Shown: positions 1 to 11,152 of the stretch, in pieces
Numbering within the stretch: position 1 is the stretch's first letter
How the letters are laid out: every line of letters begins with the position of its first letter
NCBI GenBank assembly: GCA_976226885.1
Contig: OZ320315.1
Span: forward strand, 82,026,001-82,090,000
DNA: 64,000 nucleotides
Origin: Iphione sp. A-MEVVRFRX5
Lineage: Eukaryota
Reading direction: 5' to 3'
Notes under the pieces: generated by a model
Seen by the model: only the letters and a program-made list of their open reading frames with translations
The model's database searches: none
Told to the model about the DNA's origin: nothing
Position numbers and translations under genes: made by a program

Positions 1-3000
1 CACGCAACTGGAGACATCCTTGGTTCCCAGTGAAAGGGTCCTCGTTAAAGCGGTGTACCAGTTATAGCCAAAGTGTGATAGGATCCTGGCCGAAATCGCA
101 GAATGTCCTTTGCCAATGGTGTCCTCAGTGATGAGGTCCTACTGCAGTAGGTTCGTGCAGCTCCTATATAGATTGCTGTGATCATGATCCAAGTTATTGT
201 TGATTTTAGACATAAGCTTTGGTCGTAGACAAATTTTCCTTCCTCTTTCATTTTCCTGACGCATCAATAATCAGTTGCACCATGTCGCAATGCAAATAAC
301 TGTTCAAGCTCGCTTTTATCACCCAAAGCATCCTTTTTCATTCTAGGAGCACCAATACGCCGAAAATAGTATTTTCATTCATATATGACAAAAACAGTTC
401 CTCCCTGTAAATATTCCTTTCTTTTTATCGAACTGCATTTTCTGCACCGCATAGATAACGTTTTACTGATGTCACAGAAATAATCATTCGATCCATATTT
501 CTTGCCATCTTACTTCCATACAGATCCCGCTTGTCTCGTAAAGACTACAGCTAGTAGGTCGTTTAACATCGGCCAATACTAAGCTGCAACTAACAATGGA
601 GCGTTGGCAGTGATACGCTTCCCAGAAAAATAGCGCAGAAAGCCTGAATAGAGCAATTATTTTGCCTCCGAAGTAGATCATCCTTCTTCTGGCTGTCCAG
701 GCTCAAATTTGGTGGTCGATCATTTTCTACCATTAACCTCAACTTGGGTTTTCAGCAGTGACAGTTCATATCCCCTATTTGCATTAAGTTTCCCATTTTG
801 CCTACTCCACATAGAAAAAGCTCAGTTCGGCCCATCTGGGTCTTCAGGGGAAGCCCCGAGCACTGAGGTCCATTGTCCGATGTAGGACGGTCGACATACA
901 CACGAACCTGTCCAGAAATAGCATTTGCTGTGCCCACTTTACAAGAACGCCATAATGCACAGGGTTCCAGCTGATCCAGCTAAATCGAACCAACACGCTC
1001 GGGTCATGCCTCAGTCGGTCAGCTCGTGCATCATGCATTACTCGTTTTTGTCCCACTACCACTGCGTGCACGCTCATTTATCCGTTGTGATCCGAAAAGA
1101 AATTAATTCTCTGGGCGAATTATATCATGTGCGCCAGCTACAAAGATGCTGCTTTCTGATGGATCAAATGTAAAATTAATCTTCCTTGCAAACTTTACTA
1201 CGTGGCGTCCTGCGGTCCTGTTATTAATTTGCAGTTCGATATGCTTATTCATGAAAGGGAAGATCCACTCTGTCAAAAGACACCAAATGCGAAAGACTTT
1301 AGTGACCTTCAGTTGTGCATAACCGATTTGGAGGGTTTATCTTTCGTTTAGAACACAGACAGTGGTATCAATAAAGATCAAACGGAGACGTTTTCTATCA
1401 ACATACTGTATGTACTGATACTGCGTCTTGCTGAACCGAGGGAACCAACGACGGCGACGTTGATTGAAATCCGATTCTATCAACGAAATCGTACGCTAGT
1501 CTACGTGAAGCAGGCGTTGCCAATCACATAGTTATCGTGCTATTGTCCAGCCGAGCTTCCTTCAAACATTTGGAAATTGTGTGTCCATTTCCCCCAGTTA
1601 AATGCAATGTGGTGGCATTATTATTCTGATCTGAATGGACTTTCAGCCAAAACGCAAGAGCAGTCAAGGCCATCTGTTAGTGGCAACATATCCGAAAAAA
1701 GAGACATAATATCTGCTAACAAATAAGTTGCCTTTTCACGTCAGCTACAGAGAAATGAATAAAACGCCCGTCAATCAGCCAATTTATCATTTAATTACAC
1801 ACATTTCCTTATGAATAGATAATTCCTTCGCATGGTTTTGTTCAATTTTATTTTACCTGTTATGTTTTTAATAAAAAGCCTAACTTGATGTACTATCAGA
1901 CGAAAAGCTGTTTTAAAAGGGACTTCCAGCCTTGCTTTAGAGATGCATCAAACGAAAATGAACAAAATTCTACATTTTCTGCCTGGCTGACCTAGCATAG
2001 ATGCGGTTCATTACGAATAGCCAGGCTAGATAAGGTTTGCGAGGAGGGGAGCAGCAATGATGACAGGATGCTACAAGGACTCGTTTGGCCCTATTTAGCC
2101 AATCGGAAGATCGGCTTGTTCCCTAAATGATTTTAAGGGCGCAGCCTGGCCCACCAGAACGTTTCTTTCGGGCGTAATTCGTGTACGGGGGTGGCAGGCG
2201 CAGCGGGTAGACTGATGTGGCTGTTTATTATGAGGGTGCTGCCACTGACAGTGGCATGTGTCGTGGATGTGGCGACCACTGATGAGCCACTGCAAATATT
2301 GCCACAATCCATCAGGGACAATGCCCCGCCTGTCGCCGCCGAGTAGAGGGCCGTTCGATCCAATATCTGCTTGATCTTAGACACAAGGCGCTTGGGCTGC
2401 CAGTGATTTGGAAGTGCTTTCTTTTCTTTATTTTTGTCCCTACAGCTAAAACAAAGCTAACCATCGGTTGTATGAACATTACATTGATTTTGCTGACGTA
2501 AGCATTAGTGTCGCGAGGTTTTCTTCCCCCGACTTTGCGTCTTTGGAACAGAGCCATGACGATCTGGGTTGTCGTAGAAGTGGTCAGGGATGCTTTAGGG
2601 TTGAAGGAGTGGACCAACTACGTTCATGCGGACCGCATCCTTCACCTCTTATTGATGGGGTTACTTGCCATTGACCTTCAAGCCATGATGCCCTTCTTAG
2701 AATCGGCTCTTTGCCAGTAATGCTCATATAATAGCTAGGATGTCGCTCCCGGTTACCCCAGGGGTACTGGGCGTGGACCTCTGGGCCTGAACGCGGAGAT
2801 TGCCTTATCAGTTCACGGTCGGCACTCCCTGGGCCACCTGACAAATCGTGCCGAAATAGAGATACCTGTGCAGCATGATGGCGTCGGAATACTTTCGCTA
2901 AGGCACGTATGTCGTCATGACAATGATAATATAGGTCTTTTGTGTAGCCAGGCGACCGTTTCCACCCACAGATTGCAACAATACTCCGGAGCACGCTAGG

Positions 3001-6000
3001 GGCATTTGTAGCCACAATTGTGACCGACCAGTATTTGCTGGGCCGAAATTCCGCTGCTGCATTGACCAGGTCCCCGGTATTGTTTTGTCAGCGAGGATAA
3101 ATGGCTGTGGCATGTTTTATTCCAAACAGTGCCGAAGGCAATGAACACGAAAGCCATTTTTGCAACCTATCTTCCCCTCCCCCTACCACCACCTTTTTCC
3201 ATCATCGCTATCTGTGTGCTCAGTGGCAAGGAAACAGAAACATTACTGTTGGCTTGATTCCAACAGGGACCTGGTATTAATATGACGTGAAGACAATGGC
3301 GAGTGCCAAATCAGGCTTGAAGATACAGGCTTAGCTTCATAACCTCCTACTGCTGCCAATACAATCAGAGAAAGCCATTGGCCAAGGATGCCTGGTCCGG
3401 CGAGGAAAAGAGGTAGGGTATATATTGCTTAAGTGTGGAAAGCTCTTCATTGATAAGTCATATGTATACATACAACGCAACTCGATTGCTGTAGGCACGC
3501 AAGAGATACTGCTGACCTGAAAGCAGAAAACAGTCCTGTGGGCTTTATTGTTGCACCAGGTGTTGGAGGATTCGCCAGGAATATTTCAATATCCACCATT
3601 GCCCATGCACATCTCCAGCTACGAGTTATTCTTGGGTACGTTAGGTGCGCTTGTGTCTTTGCGCGTAGTAAACAACACAGAGGTTGCTGAGCTAATGTCT
3701 GCTGAACACGCACTTTGATACTCTCAAGTCACTGCTCTCTGTCGATTGTTTGTACATACTGAATACACTCAGTGGGAAATAATAATAAAGCAGAGCATTT
3801 TTTCCATTCCGCCATTCATTTGGTCCGAGTTAACAGCAGGTGCACAACTGGCCGCGTAGAAAAGGAAATGGTTATTTGTACTTAACAACGTGATCACCCA
3901 TCCACCTTCAAACACGCCTGAATATAACATCGCATCAATGAGTGAATTAAAGTCCTTCTACGTTGCCACGCTGTTTCCAAATCGTTCAGGGAGTTCTTAG
4001 TGTTGCCGAAGCTCTAAGTAATAATTCTATCACGGAACAATTCGGATAAAAATAGCAGTACGACCAAAAAAGGAACAAATGAACAGCGTGAATTGTTTTG
4101 CCACCGAATGTATTTGCGTTAAATTCTCTCCCTCAGGACGTAGTCAATTAATGTTTTAAGCAAGGCTTTTACCCTAATCATTTTCAAATATCTCAGTTGT
4201 GAAAAATATGAAATATTTTCCTGAAGGTGTCCTTTCTCATTCCAGCATCAAAGGAAAGGCTGAGGTAAAAGGTATGCAAATACATAATTACTGTGGATAC
4301 CGTACAAAGCAAACGATTGACATTTCAGATGATCGTATGGTTGTACTCCAATGCTTTCTATATTGATCCGAACCTCAAGGATTTGGACGTAAATCGTTGA
4401 TACAATCTCCCCCCGAACATAAAAATATGCGGCATGTGGCTATGTATCCATTCTTCTAAGCTAACGCAGGTCGGTTTTGAATAGGCGTTAAAAGATTTTA
4501 CGGTGGTAAATTGTTACTTGGCAGTGCTACGGACATTATAACAGAACAAGTCCCGGAGAACGCCAGTGTTTGAAGTGTTTGTGCGGTGAATGTACGACGA
4601 CACGCTTTCTGCTGTATTCTGTATTACACGCTAGCATCTGTATCTGTGATGTAAAATGGTCTTGAAGTTTATTTACAACAACCAGCAACTGTCAAGCTCT
4701 CGCCAAAAATATTATAGTACCGGTGGTGGTAATAAATTTCCTCTCAATCGAAATTTAGATCTAAATTACCCCTCCACCATCCACCACCCGTATAAGGGGC
4801 GTTCCCCGTGACCGATTCCTGCGTATAGTTTCCGTTGCTTTAGGTATATCTCATTCATAGACACGAGTCTACAGAGACTACATAATTATATTTATCCGAA
4901 TCGTATAGGAGCCAAGAACTAGTTTTTGTTAAGGATTGGATGCATTCTGGGAAGCTTCGAACATGTGGCCAAAGTGTTTTGTACTGCGCTTGTCTAATTT
5001 GGGAGAAACTGCGAACGTGTCCGCCGTCAAAGCTCGACATTCAGTCGGCGGGGCAGGCAATCTGTGCATTATCAATGTAATCTCTGCGACTTGTGGTCTT
5101 CCACACTGCGGACCTCCAACTAAAACACATAGATGCAAGATGCCGAATCTATGCAGCTGTCCCTCTAATTGGCTTAACCACACTACACAGGTGTGAGAAA
5201 TTTGCATGTATGTATATGTCGTACGATTTTCTACTCTTCTGGCCTGTCATACCACAAAATGGTGTTAACACATCAGATATAGCTTCTGACAGCGAAGTAC
5301 TGCACTACGATAGATATTTGAGGAATGATAAACTGCTGCTATGTATATGCAAGGGCATCGAAGTATATATATACATTTATGAAATAATAGTTTGTATACG
5401 TATGTATAAAATTCGTATCTCAAATCAGCTTTTGGTTCAAGTAAACAAGGCTTCTTTGAAAAGAAAAAGAGATGCCATGAACGTGGAACGAGCAGGTGTA
5501 TTAAGAGACTCCTCCGAATAGCCTAAGCGAGTTTGTTATCATACCTGTCTATCCTGCAGCTATGCTTTCACAATGTACGTCAACCAAAGAGACGGATTAC
5601 TTTACATTGGGCTCGTCGCCCGAAAACAACTCTGTTCCTTGGATACGGCTGTGCACAGTCAATTGAATTTGCCTAACAGATGACTTTGCAAACACTACCC
5701 AATACACCTGCACACAAATTCTTCATCCATTTTTTTCAGTTATTAGGTAACATTATGTTCTGACAGCAAAAGAGAAGTAGCAAATAGTATTTTGTCAAAC
5801 TTGGCTTCTTATGTCAAAGTAGAATATGACAATTGTTACAATTAAGATTTTAGTCAAACGTCCTGTACCTGAATGAGACCTCCAAATATGCACTTATATA
5901 GGACCGAGATAAATGTAATACAATTCATGAATTGAGAACTCCTGCACATTGTTCTAAAAATAATATTTTCTTTTTACATATAATTTTCTGCGCAAATAAT

Positions 6001-6389
6001 GTCCCAGATATTCTGAAAATACGCCATAATGACAAGTCATTACGGACAATGGTCCCACAGGCAACGTGCTCGGCATTATTCAGTGTTTTACTTGTGTGAT
6101 CTTGATGTCAGCTGCTTGTAATAGTCTTTTACAGTCTCCACCTTTTTTTATGCTGTCTACTTAAGATTACTCGATGTTGACAGATTGCTCGAAGGTTTCA
6201 AGTGGCATAGTACGCGTTGCATACGCCGGGGTACTTGATATTTTTCCTGGCCAGGCGCCTCTCTTAATTTATAGGTGCCTACTGCACAGGCACTATACCC
6301 GAAGACGGGTAAAAGTGAACTTCTCGAGAGGTTGTAAATATGTAGTTTTCTATCGATACTGTGGATAGCAATGCTGAATATTGCATTTA

Positions 6390-7220
6390 GGAACAAAAAT
6401 AATTATTTTATGGTTACAAACTGCCCAAAACCTAGGAAGGAGTGGAATTTGTCTTGCTTTCATCCTCTGATTATCAACAATGATGAAGACAATATAACAA
6501 ATGTAAAGTAATTTTAATTTCTGAAGTTGAACATTCTTTCAAAAACGGTCTGATAGTCAGTGGAAAAAAGATTATTGATTGATGCTACTCTCCAGCCCAT
6601 ATCTTCATATATATTGAAAAAGATCTCATCTCTCCTCTTTGATAGCTCAGCTGCTGTCAGGGTTTGCCACCTTAAAAACAAAAACCGGACAAAAGTAACT
6701 GGTCAGCTCTTGTATAATGGAAGCTGAATTAAAATAGTTTGTGCATCATCATATGAAAGTCATAATCTGTTACTTAGAATCATACATATTGGCAGATCTT
6801 TGATTTTTTATGGCCATAAGGCCCTGCATAGGTCGCTTCATAATCATCACTACATGCTTTGTATACAGGAGAAGACTTATACTTAAAAAATTGATTTGCT
6901 CCTTTTTGGATTTGAGCAATCAGAATAGATACCATATCAACCAATGCAACAGCCATCAAATGGGGTTTCCATGGGGCCTGATAGATTATTTCTCTAGAAT
7001 AGGTGAAAAATTAAATGCACTGTGTCCAAATAATTCACATTACTAAATTTAAAAAAGATTTTAAGTCTATTTTGTATTGGCCTTGTGTATTTTCCTCCTC
7101 CTCTGTCTCTTACCTAAATTGTACATCAGGGACTCTTTGAGGGAAAACAAATTTTAAGCAGGACGGGGTTTTCATAGGTAGGAGGGGTAACCAGAAACAC
7201 ACCTATTTTTTGTTTTGTCC
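6390..7220. mobile_element. Non-autonomous DNA transposon (MITE), family A copy 1, GG...CC termini with TTA target-site duplication (Zator-like)
   Basis: Flanked by TTA (6387-6389 and 7221-7223). Right end GGTAACCAGAAACACACCTATTTTTTGTTTTGTCC and left subterminal CCCAAAACCTAGG...GAAGACAATAT match the copies at 8.1 kb and 63.7 kb. Left TIR degenerate. Superfamily inferred only from termini and TSD. Confidence 0.65.
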
Positions 7221-7715
7221 TTAGAAGGAGCTATGCTGCTGCACACAATGCAGTGTCCGATGAATTCCCTTTTTATGGTATCAGTACACATTAGGAAACG
7301 AGGCACATTTTGGGCTGGTATTGATGTACATATAAACATATATATGTACATGCTTACTTCCAATGCCATGTTATATCTATGCCGAAAAAATATGTACATG
7401 TATTCCATTTTTCACTTCATGACTTTGAAATTTCAAACTGCTTTTGTCGTTAACAGTGATGCAGATCAGGAATCGAAATGCGTTTTCAAGATCTGGATTA
7501 TATATCTCAGTGTATGGTGCATAAGGCTCCATTTCCGGGCATGCGTGTTTTCCCAGCCATGTTGGCATGTTTTCAGCATGTTATAGATGAGTTATGGTTA
7601 ACACAAGGGGTATCTCCATGCATGGAAAATGGTGTTCATTTAAGGTATGTATCATGCAAAAACTGCAAATATCCACACATCTGTACATCGGTTTTGCTGC
7701 GTTTGCTATTTTTCA

Positions 7716-7798
7716 GCCAAACTTGCATTAGTTTTACTGTTTTCGGCCGAATTTGCATCAGTTTTGCCATTTGGGGCCAAATTACCATCAGTTTTACC
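7716..7798. repeat. Imperfect 29-30 bp tandem repeat, three units
   Basis: GCCAAACTTGCATTAGTTTTACTG.. / GCCGAATTTGCATCAGTTTTGCCA.. / GCCAAATTACCATCAGTTTTACCA. Confidence 0.7.
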
Positions 7799-8088
7799 AA
7801 TGTCATGGCTGTGGATACCATGATACACTCTTGCTGTATTGCCCAGTTTTCATGTTGTATATTCTTCACAGGATTACAGCTGTGAAAACACACTTCACAC
7901 TACAGGTACACAGAGAAATTTAGCCTAATACTGATATGTATGGCTGTTTCATAGAATTATATGCATACTGCATGATATCTGATACCTTCGTTACAGGTAG
8001 TTTCATAGATGACCTTGAAAGTATTGACATATCGATGATGCACACATGAATCATCTTAACAGTTCATCATGATATAAGCATTTCTTTT

Positions 8089-8384
8089 AAAAAATAGGTG
8101 TGTTTCTGGTAACGACCACCCAAAAACCTAGGTAGGGAGGGGGTATCTTTTTTTAATTTTCTTTCCACTTTCTCCCTCTGGTTTTCAATAATGATAAAGA
8201 TACTATGAAGAATTTTGACCAATTTACAGTTTTTTACTGAATTTCCATAGATTTCATTGTTTTTCTGTTTTTGCTGTAAGAAAATTCAGCCTTATAAACC
8301 CTTTGGGGCCAAGAGATTTTTAAGGTAGGGTGAGGTTTTACTAGGTAGGGGTGGGTTACCAGAAACACCTATTTTTCTTTGGCC
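8089..8384. mobile_element. MITE family A copy 2 (~300 bp, left terminus eroded)
   Basis: AAAAATAGGTGTGTTTCTGGTAAC at the left and its reverse complement GTTACCAGAAACACCTATTTTT at the right, ending GGCC|TAA. Internal sequence aligns by eye with 63734-64000. Confidence 0.8.
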
Positions 8385-10406
8385 TAAGCTAAAGCATGTA
8401 TCTTTTCACTTTTATATTTGACATCTCATGTCCTCTCTCGCTGAGCGGAAACAAGTTGCCCCGACGTGTTTACAGTGCCTGCTATGTATTCAGTGTCACA
8501 ATTCACTGCACACACATTCGACTACAGTTTGCATGCCACACTGATATGACATGCCGAGTTTTACGAAGGAACCAATCAGCGTGCGTCAGTTTGACAATAT
8601 GGCATGGTTTGGTATCTCAACCGGAAGAATACTGTGGTGCGCACCTACACCCCTACCAGTGATACTGGGTACATCGAAATAAAATGCTGCATGTGTTCAT
8701 AAATCTGTCAATACCTGTCATTTTGAGTCTGGTGGGGTCCACTTAGGGTTGACAGCAACTTCAGGAAAGGAGGTTACACCTTTAAAACGAGAAAAACACC
8801 TTCAAAATGAGAAATAGAAGACAGGATGACAAAAGTGTGGTGGACAGAAATATGCGACATTCTTACGAAATTGTGATGCCCTCGCTCAAAATAAGGATAC
8901 GTAAAACAGCAACACACGCAAAAAATTAATGTAAACTTCAAAACCTCCGAGGTTCTCGATTGAGAAGGGATACGCTCACAAGATCCAGATGGGTACATAG
9001 AATGTCACCAGGTCAGATAAGAATATTCCCAAGGTTCTCGTCACAAAGCGTAGGGGATCGATTAAAGGTCACCATTCAGTATAATGATAATGATGGCATA
9101 CTATATTCTAGCGGCTCTCTTTACTAAAAGAATCTGGACAAAAGGACCTATTCCTATGCTTCTTTTCATTTGGCTTAGCCTTCTCAAAACAATTAAGTAA
9201 TTATCTTATACTAAGATGTTAGGGATACTTCGTCGAAATAGACAAAATACAATTCGACTATTCTAATTCCGAGATATCCGACAAAAATCCACGGCCATAT
9301 CAAGTACAGTTTAATGCAGCGTGACGTCTAATACAAGGGATTGTCCCTGAACAAGAAGAAAATTGCCGTAGTAATCAACTTTCCCTGTCAAAACGATGCT
9401 ACTGTATCTGTCTGATAAAGAAACGTGTCAAAATCTAAATTAATTACCGCCTTAAATTCTTTTCAAAGTTGGTAGAAATGCAAACATTCCAGATCGACCC
9501 TGTGCAGAGGAAGTCAAAGATAATACCGCAAAATTGCACGTTTTTCGAACGCTGGTCTTGCCTTCTTCTACTTTTGTTTTTAAACCAGTGGTCCTGATTT
9601 TTTACTGCGATGGTCTCATACGCCATTTGTGGAAAATATTCCCACCAAAAGGGGGTGGTATTTGAAAATAAACCGTCCTATTTGCTCCGGGTGAAGGACA
9701 TTAACCTAGAACTGGGGCACTAAGCCTACTTTCTTCTGCCACCAGCGCTGCTGCAATGCTTCCCTGCGCCACATTCAACCCGAAACGGAAGCGATCAGCC
9801 GGCACTTGGCATTAGGCGAATGTGGCTGTCAATGGCCCTAATGGCGGCGTGGTCAGGCGTAACGGTGAGCGGCAGTCGCTGATTGGCCTAGATCGCCGCT
9901 GGTCAGTGGCGGCACCACTGATCAGCGGCCAAAAGCTTCAGGTATAACCAGCTCAACCAGTTTGGGAGACTGCCTTTGCATGAGGTGAATACATGGTTCT
10001 CAGGGTCTAACTGCAAAGACTCTTTCGTTTGTAAATCTCTTTTGTCAGCAGTATAGATCACTACAAATAGTCGCATGGTAGACACCCTTATTGATGGTAA
10101 GGTTCTTTATGTAACACTAAGGGCTTCGTTGAATATAACAGTTTTTTTTTCAAAATATTCGAAAGAGGTATTCTTGTTTTTAAAAAAATATACACATACA
10201 GTTACAAAATATCCAAATGATCATTGCGGCATGGAAATCTGTATGGATATTAGGATAATATGAGACATGAGTCCTCTTGGAATTTGATGTAAGAATGGCC
10301 TTAGCTTGTCTTCCTGTCATGATTTCCAGCTGCACAACTTCATTTCATACCTCAGCCCTCACATGACCCCATCATCTGCGGGCAATAATATCTCCACCTT
10401 TAGAAA

Positions 10407-10660
10407 CTAGGCGTCCCCAAGCCGGCTCTCTCTACTAACAGAATCGGCAGTCTCCTCCTTCCCTATCCGGGCCACTCTAGTGAGGACTTCGCCACCTCCA
10501 TGGCGCACCTCCCTCCCAGGTAGCACCGATGTGTCCCCCTCACCAGCTGGCCATGTGTTCTCTAGGTCCCTCTTGTTCTGCTGTTGTATCTTGGGCAGCA
10601 GTTCGGATGTATTGATTAATGTTTTGTATTCTAAGTCGTCATTTTGGACAGTGTCCTCAG
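10407..10660 (-). other. Candidate terminal coding exon (83 codons to TAG)
   Basis: Pyrimidine tract and AG, then EDTVQNDDLEYKTLINTSELLPKIQQQNKRDLENTW...SRLGDA*; acidic, Cys-free composition. No homology recognised. Confidence 0.35.
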
Positions 10661-10855
10661 CTTCATAGAGAGAGGTTAAATCTACTTATTTTTCCTGGCA
10701 TACCCTTCAGATCTTTTCTTAGCAAAAACCAACTGTAGGATCTGACTCACGTATCGCTGGTTTAATGAGTAGTAGAAAATATTATTCAAGGGTGGCATCA
10801 CCACCAAGATATCAAGCCACTCATTGTGTTGGGGGGGGGGGCGAGGGGCACTTAC

Positions 10856-11152
10856 CTAGCAAGCTGTGGTACCTCGTTGTCATTTATCAAAAATAGGAGG
10901 AATTGCTCTTCCCAGTCTCTTTTAGGCATATCTTCCCTTCCTTGGTGGCTAGATTTGCCCCTGATGTTAACATTGTTCAAACCTTTTATACCCAGTTTGG
11001 GTTTGGGCAGTATTCTATATTGCAGTGTACCCAAACCTCATGTCCTGCCGATATGTCTGGGGATAAAGCCATTTTGTCTGTTAATTTTTTTCACTTCAAT
11101 AAACAAGTCTTGGGGCGGTCTTCTAGATTGCTGTATACTCCCAGTCCCATGC
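10856..11152 (-). other. Candidate coding exon (297 nt, phase 2-2) with one in-frame TGA at 11038-11040
   Basis: Cys-free, protein-like frame HGTGSIQQ...RHIGRT*GLGTLQY...NEVPQLA ending at AG|GTAAGT. The acceptor (GAG) is weak; no homology recognised. Confidence 0.25.

Noticed and set aside
45-700. Fragments vaguely recalling a P-like transposase (LIIDA, KFVYDQ)
   Set aside because: Motifs lie in different frames with many stops; no TIR found.
2508-2720. SRGFLPPTLRLWN resembles a LINE ORF2 C-terminal motif
   Set aside because: Single short match with no RT sequence upstream and no tail.
9885-9929. Hairpin plus CTAG as a Helitron 3' end
   Set aside because: CTAG is only 3-4 nt from the stem and is not followed by T.
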